A stretch of DNA of 64,000 nt. Source: Candidatus Omnitrophota bacterium. Lineage in GTDB: Bacteria > Omnitrophota > Gorgyraeia > Zapsychrales > Fredricksoniimonadaceae. The translations under genes were made by a program, and so were the position numbers. A model generated the notes under the pieces. It had not been told where the DNA came from, searched no databases, and was given only the letters and a program-made list of their open reading frames with translations. Below are positions 30,683 to 40,813 of this stretch, piece after piece (position 1 is the stretch's first letter; every line of letters starts with the position of its first letter). The stretch is taken from the NCBI GenBank assembly GCA_044225175.1, contig JBGAJA010000003.1:133428-197427 (forward strand), given 5' to 3'.

Positions 30683-32620
30683 ATGATTAGATTTAAATTG
30701 GTAGCTAGAGCAGTTCTTTTCCTCATGTGCTGGCCCTTCAGCCAAGTATTAGCCCAAGTACTCCCAGGTGATTTGACAACATTAAGTATGGAAGCCCTCA
30801 TGAATGTGGAGGTTATGTCAGCTTCTAAAAAGCCTGAGCGATATTTTGATGCCGCCGCCGCCATGTACGTTATAACCCCTGAAGATATTCGTCGAAGCGG
30901 AGTTACTAATATTCCGGATGCTCTTCGCATGGTTCCTGGAGTGAGTGTTCAGAAAGTCAATTCTCATGCTTGGGACATTTCCGCTCGTGGTTTTAATGCC
31001 TCCGTTTTTGCCAATAAAATGTTAGTTCTCATCGATGGACGAGCTGTTTATACTCCTTTATATGGTGGTGTTTTTTGGGATTCTCAAGACGTTGTCTTAG
31101 AAGATATTGAGCGTATTGAAGTCATTCGGGGGCCTGGAGGAACTCTTTGGGGGGCAAATGCAGTTAATGGGGTCATTAACATTATTACTAAAAAAGCCAA
31201 GGACACGCAAGGAACTCTTATTTCTACTGGTGGTGGAAATGAAGAGAGAGCTTTTTCTACCGTCCGTTATGGATCGAAGTATAAAGACTGGTATTATCGC
31301 GCATACGCAAAATATTTTGATAGAGATGAAGGCTTTAGAGTCACTGGAACTGCTAATGACGAATGGGAGATGGCCAGAGGAGGTTTTCGAGCAGAAAAAG
31401 ATCAACTTAATTTTCAGGGTGATTTTTATCAAGGGCAGCTTGGTCAACGTACTAGTTTAACGTCTTTCACTTCACCCTTTACTGCCATTATTGACAAACC
31501 AAATTATGTTCAAGGGGCTAATCTTCTTACTCAATATGAAGAGGATGACTGGCTTATTAAAGGCTACTGGGATATGACGGATAGAGATTTCCAAAGTTTT
31601 AGCGAAAGAAGGAATGTGATTGATACAGAATATAATCGAAGGATTCATGCGACGGAGAATCAAGAAATGGTTTGGGGAGCAGGTTATCGTTTGCAATTAG
31701 AAGACATAAGGAGTACAGATACAATTTCGTTTGATAGTCCCGCACAGCTTGATCAGTTGTTTAGTGTTTTTGCTCAAGATGAAATAAAAATGCTAGAAGA
31801 TAAGCTCAGATTTATTGTTGGAAGCAAGTTAGAGCACAATATTTACACCACTTTTGAAGTCGAGCCTAATGTGAGACTTTCTTATGATCTGACATCAAAG
31901 AGTATGGTGTGGGCAGCAGCTTCTCGAGCTGTCCGAACTCCAGCTCGCTTAGAGATTGATGGGGCGATAACGTCGTACTCTTCCACAAGTGGCTTTACTA
32001 GAACACAGGGTAATAGTGACTTGTCTTCTGAGAAAATGCTGGGTTATGAATTGGGCTATCGTAATCAGTTGCGTGAAAATATCCTTGTAGACCTTGCTGT
32101 CTACACAAATCACTACGATGACATTATTACTTATACTCGAGGCGGAACGGTAACAGATCGCGGACAATCCGTCTTTTTGATTCCTACAGTCAACGGCATT
32201 GATGGTGATGTTCACGGTATCGAGTTGTCTAGTGATGTAAAACTTCAAGAATGGTGGAAAATCAAAGGTTCCTACACATTTTCTAAAATGAATCTGGGAA
32301 CACATACGGACATTTCTAATCTTGGATTAGAGACAGCTTTAGAAGAATCTCTGCCACGACATATAGCATACTTTAGATCTTCATTTGATTTGCCACAGCA
32401 GTTTCAGTTAGATTCAACAATCCGTTATTCAGATTCCATTACAAATGGAAGAGTTCCTTCATCTACACAGCTTGATCTTAATCTGACTAAGACTCTACAT
32501 CAATGGGAGATCGCCATAGTGGGACAAAATCTTTTGAGACCTCATTATCGGGAATCTGTCTTATCATCGTCAACCCAAATTGACCGCAGTTTTTTAGCTA
32601 AAGTCACAAGGAGATTTTAG
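30683..32620 (+). CDS. TonB-dependent outer-membrane receptor
   Basis: Signal peptide, TonB box/plug (EALMNVEVMSA; VPGVSVQ), beta-barrel, C-terminal aromatic (…VTRRF). Confidence 0.8.
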   Translation: MIRFKLVARAVLFLMCWPFSQVLAQVLPGDLTTLSMEALMNVEVMSASKKPERYFDAAAAMYVITPEDIRRSGVTNIPDALRMVPGVSVQKVNSHAWDISARGFNASVFANKMLVLIDGRAVYTPLYGGVFWDSQDVVLEDIERIEVIRGPGGTLWGANAVNGVINIITKKAKDTQGTLISTGGGNEERAFSTVRYGSKYKDWYYRAYAKYFDRDEGFRVTGTANDEWEMARGGFRAEKDQLNFQGDFYQGQLGQRTSLTSFTSPFTAIIDKPNYVQGANLLTQYEEDDWLIKGYWDMTDRDFQSFSERRNVIDTEYNRRIHATENQEMVWGAGYRLQLEDIRSTDTISFDSPAQLDQLFSVFAQDEIKMLEDKLRFIVGSKLEHNIYTTFEVEPNVRLSYDLTSKSMVWAAASRAVRTPARLEIDGAITSYSSTSGFTRTQGNSDLSSEKMLGYELGYRNQLRENILVDLAVYTNHYDDIITYTRGGTVTDRGQSVFLIPTVNGIDGDVHGIELSSDVKLQEWWKIKGSYTFSKMNLGTHTDISNLGLETALEESLPRHIAYFRSSFDLPQQFQLDSTIRYSDSITNGRVPSSTQLDLNLTKTLHQWEIAIVGQNLLRPHYRESVLSSSTQIDRSFLAKVTRRF

Positions 32621-32625
32621 TTAAG

Positions 32626-33072
32626 ATGAAAAAAATATTATTAGTTCTATTGTTTTTTATTTTTTATTCCTCTGGTTTTAGTCATGCCTTGACTTCTGCT
32701 AATTCTGTTAAAGCAGCTTTTATTTTCCATTTTATTAATTTTACGGAGTGGAGTGATCAAAAACTTGAATACGATGTCTGTATTCCTGAAGATGAAGAGC
32801 TTCGTGCAGATGTGGATCGTGCGCTTAAGGGTAAGGTTGTTAATAATAGAAGTATTGTGGTCGTAGATCGCTATGATGATTGCCATATTCTTGTATCGAG
32901 ATATGCCCCCTCTACAGATAAGACATTAACAATTGGTTCGCTTGACAACGGAGCTTTAATGGAATTTCGAACTATTGATCATAAACTTAAATTCGCAGTC
33001 AATCCTCTTAAAATTCAACGTTCCAAGCTTAAAATTAGTAGTCAACTTCTTAAGCTAGCTATTTTGGACTAA
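32626..33072 (+). CDS. DUF4154 (YfiR-like) periplasmic protein
   Basis: Signal peptide; VKAAFIFHFINFTEWSD motif characteristic of YfiR/DUF4154. Confidence 0.7.
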   Translation: MKKILLVLLFFIFYSSGFSHALTSANSVKAAFIFHFINFTEWSDQKLEYDVCIPEDEELRADVDRALKGKVVNNRSIVVVDRYDDCHILVSRYAPSTDKTLTIGSLDNGALMEFRTIDHKLKFAVNPLKIQRSKLKISSQLLKLAILD

Positions 33073-33080
33073 TACAATCA

Positions 33081-34706
33081 ATGCAATCGCCTATTGTTAA
33101 AAGAATTTTGATGTTTGGTATCATGAGTGCCTCTATTTCTTTGATCTTGGCTTGCTTAGGATTTGGGATCGTGGAATTTTATAAAATTAAAGGTGAGAAT
33201 GAGGTCAAGGTCAATTCTCAAATGGATATTTTAGCTTACAATCTGCAAACACCTTTGCTTTTTGATGATAGAGAAGCTGCAACTAAAACACTGCTATATT
33301 TAAAGAACGATAAATCTATCAATAATGCTCTTTTGTATAAAGCTGATGGAAGTGTTTTTGCTTCCTATATTAAGACGCATAGTGTAGGCAATGTCAGTTT
33401 CACAAAGCTCATAAATTATGATGGTAAACTGATTGGTTATTTAGAGATCCAATCAGTTTATTTGGGTATTAAAGAGAAATATATCGCCTATTCATTAATC
33501 TCGATTATTATTTTTCTTATTTCTATTGTGGTGTCATTCATTATCTCAATTCCTATTCGTAACCAAGTTTCAAAAGGTGTTGTCCAACTAGAGAATCAAT
33601 CTAACCGTCTTCGATTATTAGCTGATCAAGTTGCAGCAACTGAACAAAGCGAAAGAAAAAGGATTGCTGCCATTATCCATGATCATTTACAACAGCTTTT
33701 AGTTGCAGGGAAATTGCAGCTAGGACTTGCTATGAGAGAATTGAATAAAGAGCAATATGATAAAACAAGAGAGAGTTTGGGAAGAGTGGATAATTTCTTA
33801 AATGAAGCAACACGAGCTGCCAAGACATTGACTGTAGAATTACGGCCGCCTGTGCTTTATGAAGACGGTCTTGAAGCTGCCTTTCAATGGCTTGCTAATA
33901 AATTTAAAAATGACCATAATTTAGAAATTGTTTTACATTTTCAAGAAATGCCCCGATCGCTGTCAGATACTCTTAAGATTATGATTTTTGAGTCAGTCAA
34001 AGAGCTGCTTTTTAATATTGTTAAATATGCCGGTGTAAATACGGCTGACCTTTATCTAAAATATGAAAAAGGAATTATCACTGTCCTTGTGAAAGATCAA
34101 GGATGTGGTTTTAATCCGCATCATATTGAAAGAACAGCCTCTGATAAGGGGTTTGGTCTTTTTAGTATTCGCGAACGTTTAAGACTACTCAATGGAGAAT
34201 TGAAGATCACTTCACAAGAAGAGCATGGAACTGAGGTTGAAATTCAAATCCCAGTTATCACAGTTGATAATGAATGGAAGAATGAGACTGAACCTTTGAA
34301 AGATATTCAGCCGCTTCTATCAGAAGTAGATAAGAAAATTAAGATTTTATTAGCCGATGATCATACGATAGTAAGAGAAGGAATTGCCAATCTTCTTAAG
34401 GAGAACCCTTCTTTTAACGTGATAGCCCAAGCAGAGAATGGAAGAGAAGCAGTTGAGAAGGCGGAACTTTTTCATCCGGATGTTATCATTATGGATATAA
34501 ATATGCCAAAATTAAATGGTATTGAAGCTACGCGTGAAATCAAGAATAAGTTTCCCCATATTGAAATCATAGGGTTATCAGTACAAGATGAGAGTGACAT
34601 TGTTGATTCTATGAAAAAAGCCGGTGCGGTGACTTTATTAAATAAAGCAGGTGATCCGCAAGAGCTTATTCAAACCATTCTTAATGTAACAAAGAGAAAT
34701 GTATGA
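33081..34706 (+). CDS. hybrid sensor histidine kinase (2 TM, periplasmic sensor, HisKA_3 H-box, HATPase_c, C-terminal receiver)
   Basis: H-box ERKRIAAIIHDHLQQ (NarX/UhpB-type HisKA_3), GFGLFSIRERL G-box, C-terminal KILLADDHTIVREG...DVIIMDINMP receiver. Confidence 0.8.
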   Translation: MQSPIVKRILMFGIMSASISLILACLGFGIVEFYKIKGENEVKVNSQMDILAYNLQTPLLFDDREAATKTLLYLKNDKSINNALLYKADGSVFASYIKTHSVGNVSFTKLINYDGKLIGYLEIQSVYLGIKEKYIAYSLISIIIFLISIVVSFIISIPIRNQVSKGVVQLENQSNRLRLLADQVAATEQSERKRIAAIIHDHLQQLLVAGKLQLGLAMRELNKEQYDKTRESLGRVDNFLNEATRAAKTLTVELRPPVLYEDGLEAAFQWLANKFKNDHNLEIVLHFQEMPRSLSDTLKIMIFESVKELLFNIVKYAGVNTADLYLKYEKGIITVLVKDQGCGFNPHHIERTASDKGFGLFSIRERLRLLNGELKITSQEEHGTEVEIQIPVITVDNEWKNETEPLKDIQPLLSEVDKKIKILLADDHTIVREGIANLLKENPSFNVIAQAENGREAVEKAELFHPDVIIMDINMPKLNGIEATREIKNKFPHIEIIGLSVQDESDIVDSMKKAGAVTLLNKAGDPQELIQTILNVTKRNV

Positions 34707-35146
34707 GAAAAAGAAAAATCATTATTATTGATGATGAACCTTTGATTTCCAGTTTGATTAAAGAATTAATTGAAGAAGAGCCTGATTTGGAAATTGCCCA
34801 AGTAGCCCGGAGTAAAGAAGAGTTCTTTGAGAAGATTGTACAAGATAAGTTTGATTTGGCTTTGGTAGATATCTCTTTGGGGGAACGGCAGGGAGGATTT
34901 GATTTGTTGCGAGAATTTAAAGGGCAAGGAATTGAATTACCCGCTATTATGCTTTCTGCTCACAGTGAGAAGGATTATGCTTTAAAGTGTTTGAACAGTG
35001 GCGCAAAAGGGTACATTAATAAAATGCATATTCTTTCTGATTTGGTCAATGCCTCTAGAGAGATTTTGAATGGAGGATTTTTTGTTTCAAGCAATGATGG
35101 TGATACTATTCTTAAAGAATACCGCAAGTCCATCTCTACTCCATAA
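34703..35146 (+). CDS. single-domain (CheY-like) response regulator
   Basis: KIIIIDDEPLIS...DLALVDISL receiver only; ATGA overlap with kinase. Confidence 0.75.
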   Translation: MRKRKIIIIDDEPLISSLIKELIEEEPDLEIAQVARSKEEFFEKIVQDKFDLALVDISLGERQGGFDLLREFKGQGIELPAIMLSAHSEKDYALKCLNSGAKGYINKMHILSDLVNASREILNGGFFVSSNDGDTILKEYRKSISTP

Positions 35147-35233
35147 TCCTTTTTAAATTCTTAATTTTAATCTTCTCTTAATCCTGGTTGGGTTATGGTG
35201 GACTCGTAGAAAATATCTCTACAGGAGGCACGC

Positions 35234-35912
<679 letters not shown>

Positions 35913-35914
<2 letters not shown>

Positions 35915-35960
35915 AAACCCTTAGTTTCCGACGGAGACTAGGGGTTTTCTCTTGCCTTTT
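35913..35960 (+). terminator. hairpin + T-run immediately after tRNA fragment
   Basis: GAAAACCCTTAGTTTCCG a CGGAGACTAGGGGTTTTC then TCTTGCCTTTTTT. Confidence 0.6.
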
Positions 35961-36017
35961 TTCAGACCTTCAATTACTATCAATTTCGATCAATTTAGCC
36001 CAATTTTTACCAATAGT

Positions 36018-36037
36018 TGGCACAAATCTGGCACATA
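36018..36037 (+). repeat. 20-bp direct repeat TGGCACAAATCTGGCACATA (copy A; putative att / also sigma-54-like TGGCAC-N5-TGGCA)
   Basis: Identical 20/20 to 44475..44494; 16/20 to 42433..42452. Confidence 0.7.
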
Positions 36038-36086
36038 GTTCTAAAAAGATAGATTAGATGTGGGAGTTGATAAGCTAAGGAGAAGA

Positions 36087-37040
36087 ATGAAATATTTTAG
36101 TGAAGAAGATAGAAAGAAGATCGAAGAAGAGATTTCTGATTTTAATTTAAGATATTTGGAAGTTACTTATAAAATCCAAATGGTACTAAGTGAATTGAAA
36201 GAAGAAAAATCCAAAGAATATCTACTTCATGGCGCAATGCGTAGAATTAGGCTCTTGCGTCGGTGTGTCGAGAACATCTTTATAATTTATCCTCACGAAA
36301 GAGAAGAGCTTTTATCTGAAAATGAACGTGATGATCTTATGATAAATCTCCATGCATTTCTTATTAACGTTTTTGGAATTTTGGATAACCTAGCTTGGGT
36401 TTGGTTGGTGGAAAAAGGTCTTGCTATAAACATGAATAGTGCAGATGTAGGGTTGTTTAATCGGAAGACTCAAAAGAATTTTATTCAAGATTTTCAAGAT
36501 TACTTAAATTCAGAAACTATGCAAAAATGGCATTTTTCTCATCTTAAAAATTATCGGGATGCTTTATCGCATCGGATAGCTCCTTATATTCCTCCTAGGG
36601 TATTAAGTGCTGAACAAAGAAATGAGATTGCCAGAATAGAAAAAGAGTTAGAAATTGCGAGAGAAAAGAACGATTTTAGGACTATGAATCGTTTAGAAGA
36701 AGAGGAAGAAAAAATTGGTGAAGTTTGCCCGTTTTTTCAACATTCTTTATATGGTCCAGTTTCAAGAAGCCAAGTTAAAAGAGCGAAATTGACTTGGGAA
36801 GATATATCCAAGAAGTTGGTTGATAATGGCTGGGCTAAATTTGAGAGTGTAGATGTGGTCTCTTTGATGGTAAATGTTACCAAAGAAAAAGAGAATATAG
36901 CTAAGGTATTTGGGGATGATTTCTTGAAGATTCTTCCAATTCTCCAAGATGCCTATTGTATGGTATCTTTACATGCTCAAGTTATTGCTGATTTTAAGAC
37001 CATTGAAGAAATAATAGAAAAATATTATGAAATGTTCTGA
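36087..37040 (+). CDS. HEPN-like (Rx4H) Abi_2/AbiD-AbiF-like putative abortive-infection RNase
   Basis: RBS AAGGAG; motif NYRDALSHRIAPY (R-x4-H) in a predicted helical protein of Abi-like size. Confidence 0.45.
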   Translation: MKYFSEEDRKKIEEEISDFNLRYLEVTYKIQMVLSELKEEKSKEYLLHGAMRRIRLLRRCVENIFIIYPHEREELLSENERDDLMINLHAFLINVFGILDNLAWVWLVEKGLAINMNSADVGLFNRKTQKNFIQDFQDYLNSETMQKWHFSHLKNYRDALSHRIAPYIPPRVLSAEQRNEIARIEKELEIAREKNDFRTMNRLEEEEEKIGEVCPFFQHSLYGPVSRSQVKRAKLTWEDISKKLVDNGWAKFESVDVVSLMVNVTKEKENIAKVFGDDFLKILPILQDAYCMVSLHAQVIADFKTIEEIIEKYYEMF

Positions 37041-37061
37041 TTCGATACAACTTAGTACAGA

Positions 37062-38051
37062 TCAAGAGTTTGTAGGTAGGGTGGGAGGAGGTAAGGTGAA
37101 CTTTACAGTGTCAGCAACTAGATTTTCTAAATCTTTTCTAATATCGTTTATCGAGAATATTATTAATTTATATCCAAATTCTTTTAGTGCATTACTTACG
37201 AGAGTTTTATTTTCATCGCCTGTTACGGCTACCCAAATTTCTAATTCCTCAAATAATTTTTTAGCCAACTTCGCCTGATCTTCTGTTGCTAAACCAGTAG
37301 ACACGCGTGCATCCATCGAAGACTTTCGACCATTTAATATTTCTTGTAGAGTTTTTAATCGCCAAAGAATTACTTCTGGTCTAAATGCCGTAAAGTTACC
37401 AAAGAATACATATTTAAATGCTGTAAAGTCATTTAAAAGATTGAAGCCAAGAGGGCGTCCCATTTCATATATATTCTTATCACCTTCCGTATGCAGGGGC
37501 GTTATTGTCATCTTTTTATAGATTAGAAAAGTTTCCATATATTGGTCAACTGGAGTAGTAGCTAATGTGTCTTGATTCGTTTCTTTAATTGCTAGATCGA
37601 TTGCTTTTTCAGCAAGTTGTTTAAAATTAGAATTTGTGTATTTGATGGTATCTAAACCAGCGACATTAAAGGGTAGTTTTTGGTTTTTACGTTGAAAAGG
37701 TATGACATATTTATTGAAAACCAACATCATGCCGTATTCCATATTTACATTAGCATTGGGGATTTCAGTACCACTTTTTTCATCGTTGTTTAAGAGAATT
37801 ATACAAAATTGAGAGGGTATAATTTTCGAGCAGATTTTAGTGCAAAAGGCATGTTGTCCTGGAGCTAAGGAGCCACCAGCTTCCAGGGGTTCTATCCCAC
37901 GATTTTTTAAGACTTCAATTAGTATATCTTTTTCAAGAGGGCTTTCCTCAAATCCATATCCAATAAAGCAAGAACGAGTTGATGAGAATACATAGTCACA
38001 CCGGGGGAGTCCGATTATACAAAGTTCATTTTTACGTATTCTTTTGTCCAT
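37062..38051 (-). CDS. TIR-like/SLOG-like nucleotide-processing domain protein with unknown C-terminal domain
   Basis: N-terminal pattern CFIGYGFEES...ILIEVLKNRGIEP...SQFCIILLNND...NVNMEYG resembles TIR/DUF1863 beta-alpha core. It is operonic (ATGA) with an upstream XRE regulator. Confidence 0.35.
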   Translation of the reverse strand: MDKRIRKNELCIIGLPRCDYVFSSTRSCFIGYGFEESPLEKDILIEVLKNRGIEPLEAGGSLAPGQHAFCTKICSKIIPSQFCIILLNNDEKSGTEIPNANVNMEYGMMLVFNKYVIPFQRKNQKLPFNVAGLDTIKYTNSNFKQLAEKAIDLAIKETNQDTLATTPVDQYMETFLIYKKMTITPLHTEGDKNIYEMGRPLGFNLLNDFTAFKYVFFGNFTAFRPEVILWRLKTLQEILNGRKSSMDARVSTGLATEDQAKLAKKLFEELEIWVAVTGDENKTLVSNALKEFGYKLIIFSINDIRKDLENLVADTVKFTLPPPTLPTNS

Positions 38052-38263
38052 TATGTTAGAAGGCTTGAGATTGAAATTTTTAAAGCATTGGCTATGCGTT
38101 CAACAGTTCCGAGGCGGATGTCAGGTGGGGTCTTACCTTCAATTCTTTGAATATATTTATAACTCGTTTTGGCCTGTTCGGCTAATTCCTCTTGGGTCAT
38201 TCCGCGTTTTTGCCGAACTTCTTTAACTTTTTTTCCAAATTTGATATTAATTAAATTTACCAT
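38051..38263 (-). CDS. XRE-family (Cro/CI-like) HTH regulator
   Basis: GMTQEELAEQAKTSYKYIQRIEGK HTH; start at internal Met (MVNLIN); paralog of 41163..41369. Confidence 0.7.
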   Translation of the reverse strand: MVNLINIKFGKKVKEVRQKRGMTQEELAEQAKTSYKYIQRIEGKTPPDIRLGTVERIANALKISISSLLT

Positions 38264-38355
38264 ACACCATATTATTGTACGGTGTTTTAATTCTTTACAC
38301 CCCCACATATGATGGTGTATTATTACCATCAACACTAAAAATTGGGGGAGATTAT

Positions 38356-38919
38356 ATGAGAAAACTACTTATTATTTTATCAACTTTAATTCTAACTGGT
38401 TGTGCAGCTTTAGGTATGCCTGGAACAATAACAGAACGAGTTTCCGGGTTTGACAATTCAAAAGAGATTGTAATGGAACCAGCTTGGTTGCTAGAAGGAG
38501 GAAAAATGAAGTTATCTTTATTTAAGACTGACAGAATGGATAAAGATAAGGCAATACTGACTGTTCTAGTACAGGGAGCCTACAACTTTGCTAGTAAAGA
38601 GGACGTTCAAATAAAAATCGACGGAGAAATTATTAATTTGTCTTCTATAGATAAATCTACAAATATTGAAATGGAAGAAGGATATTATGGTAATGGTTTG
38701 TATATATCTCCTGAGAATTGGTCATCAAAAAGATATGAAGTTTCAGAACAATTAATCAAAAAGTTAATTAATGCAAAAGAAGTTTGGTTTCGAGTAAATC
38801 TGAGCAGAGATTATGTGGAGGGTAAATTTTCACAAGATTTACCTACAACAGCAAGACCAGCATTTAAAAGATTTTATGAGAAAGTATGGGTAACAAAAGA
38901 AACTCAAAAGAAAGGATAG
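38356..38919 (+). CDS. lipoprotein, hypothetical
   Basis: MRKLLIILSTLILTGCA lipobox. Confidence 0.5.
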   Translation: MRKLLIILSTLILTGCAALGMPGTITERVSGFDNSKEIVMEPAWLLEGGKMKLSLFKTDRMDKDKAILTVLVQGAYNFASKEDVQIKIDGEIINLSSIDKSTNIEMEEGYYGNGLYISPENWSSKRYEVSEQLIKKLINAKEVWFRVNLSRDYVEGKFSQDLPTTARPAFKRFYEKVWVTKETQKKG

Positions 38920-39119
38920 TTATGAAAAAGATAGAAACTCCCCTTATGGATAGATTTGTGTATGTAATCTTTTGTTTGCTCAGTCTGGGAGGGATATACT
39001 TACTAAAGACAATTATTGTCAATGCTCTAGTTGAATATGAAAATCTTAAATTAAAGAATAATACTTGAGGGAGATTTAACTTATTTGACTCAGATTTTAA
39101 AAGATGTATATTTTTTTAT

Positions 39120-39431
39120 ATGACCTACAGTGAACGAAAGACTCAGATTAAAGCCCTTTATGAGGAATTTAATAAAGAGAAGAGATTGGAATTTGAATTT
39201 CTTGGGGAAGGGGGGCATTATAGTGAAAAACAGAAAGAGTATGCTTTTATATTAATTAAAGAATCAGGAATCAGAGCGACTGCTAAAGTATTAAATGTGC
39301 CAAGACGAACACTTCAAAGATGGTGTCAAATGTATGCTGTATTAGTTAAGCGATGTCCAGATTGGGTTTATGCTTGGGCGGAACGCAGAAATAAAAGAAA
39401 AAGATTTTGGACTTTAAAAGGTTATGCCTAA
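39120..39431 (+). CDS. small HTH DNA-binding protein
   Basis: GIRATAKVLNVPRRTLQRWCQ HTH. Confidence 0.45.
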   Translation: MTYSERKTQIKALYEEFNKEKRLEFEFLGEGGHYSEKQKEYAFILIKESGIRATAKVLNVPRRTLQRWCQMYAVLVKRCPDWVYAWAERRNKRKRFWTLKGYA

Positions 39432-39480
39432 GCCATTTATTTATCTATAAATGTCGCCACTTAAAAGGTGAGAAAAAGTA

Positions 39481-40092
39481 ATGAAAAACAAAATGTCTCC
39501 AGAACAAAATGTCCACTATTTGTTCGATAAATCTAAATTTATTAAGAGAGAAAAGCTCAAACTTAAAGAAATTACAAGTAATCCCTCTTTTAAGAGGGAG
39601 TATAAATTTTTAAATATCAATTTTCCAATTTATGAAGGTCCCATAAATGATGAATACATAAACAAATTTGATCCAGAACGAAGTCATCAAGGGGATGTGT
39701 TATGGAAATCATTTTTGAATAAATGGGGCATAGAAAAAATTAGAAAAGGTAAACTTCATTTAAAAAGAGAAATTCGTGTTGGAACTAAAAAAGATAAAGA
39801 TAATAAATTTCATGCCTACTTGGAAATAGATTCACCAGATGTGAGTCAACAAGATATTATGGATCATCTCCCTTTACTCATATATGTAAAGAATGAACAT
39901 TTGGGTAAGATGAAAAATACACAAGGGCGCAAAAAAGATAACTCTATATTGAAAAGAAAGCTTGCCGTCAAAAAAGCTTATAAAGCTTTGTTTAAGACGA
40001 AAGAATACTTGAACCAAGAGATTTATAATGAATTAGCCAGAAAATACCACTGCTCTTCCCATACCATTAAACGATATGTGCTAAGCGTTTAA
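39481..40092 (+). CDS. hypothetical basic protein with C-terminal HTH-like segment
   Basis: Lys-rich; ELARKYHCSSHTIKRYV. Confidence 0.4.
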   Translation: MKNKMSPEQNVHYLFDKSKFIKREKLKLKEITSNPSFKREYKFLNINFPIYEGPINDEYINKFDPERSHQGDVLWKSFLNKWGIEKIRKGKLHLKREIRVGTKKDKDNKFHAYLEIDSPDVSQQDIMDHLPLLIYVKNEHLGKMKNTQGRKKDNSILKRKLAVKKAYKALFKTKEYLNQEIYNELARKYHCSSHTIKRYVLSV

Positions 40093-40180
40093 TTCCCTTC
40101 AATATTTTGGATAATAAAACGATTTGTTTATTATTTATCCACACCTTGGTTTAAAGTTTGAATTGAGGAGGTGATAGATA

Positions 40181-40477
40181 GTGAATAATCTAATTATTTC
40201 AGAAATTCAAATTATTCCCCTAAGACCTAGTAATGGTTTTGTGGGCCTTGCCAGCTGTTCAATTAACAATCAGTTCTATATAGGCCAAATAGGTATTTAT
40301 ACAGCTCCTAATACTTCGTTAGGTTATCGTTTAACATTTCCTACAAAGAAATTAGCTTCTGGCAAACAAGTACCTTGTTTTTATCCTTATGTAAAACAGG
40401 CAGAGGAAATTGTTACCAAAGCTATAGTGGCTAAATACCTCGAATTGATGGATAACTTTCATTCTGTGGATTGTTAA
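40181..40477 (+). CDS. SpoVG-like nucleic-acid-binding protein (GTG start)
   Basis: ISEIQIIPLRPSNGFVGLASCSINNQFYIGQIGIY...LTFPTKK follows the SpoVG pattern (I..R......G...A.AS...D..F....I.V.......FP.K); RBS GAGGAGG. Confidence 0.5.
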   Translation: MNNLIISEIQIIPLRPSNGFVGLASCSINNQFYIGQIGIYTAPNTSLGYRLTFPTKKLASGKQVPCFYPYVKQAEEIVTKAIVAKYLELMDNFHSVDC

Positions 40478-40495
40478 AGTGAAGGAATAGTGATT

Positions 40496-40813
40496 ATGTC
40501 AAAAAGGAAAAGGTATGTGCATTTTGCGCCCATATTTAAAGATGTTTTTGATAAGCCAGAATGGAGAAGATTAAGTGATTCTACAAAAGTAATCTACTTA
40601 CATCTGAAACTCGGATATACAGGCAGTAATAATGGGGAAATCACTCTTCCATATTCATCTTTGAAGGATTGTTTTTCCTCTGCAACATTCTCTAAAGCGA
40701 TCAAAGAATTAACTACAAAAAATTGGATTGTAGTTACGGATGCTGGGGGTCTATTCAGAAGATGTTCTAAGTATAAGCTTACATTAATTCATGATCGAGT
40801 TTTTAATAAGTAA
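40496..40813 (+). CDS. winged-helix DNA-binding protein (phage replication/regulator-like, HTH_36-like)
   Basis: RLSDSTKVIYLHLKL...GEITLPYSSLKDCFSSATFSKAIKELTTKNWIVV. Confidence 0.45.
   Translation: MSKRKRYVHFAPIFKDVFDKPEWRRLSDSTKVIYLHLKLGYTGSNNGEITLPYSSLKDCFSSATFSKAIKELTTKNWIVVTDAGGLFRRCSKYKLTLIHDRVFNK

Noticed and set aside
39120-39431. IS element / transposase
   Set aside because: Only a short transposase-like HTH peptide; no DDE catalytic ORF or terminal inverted repeats nearby.
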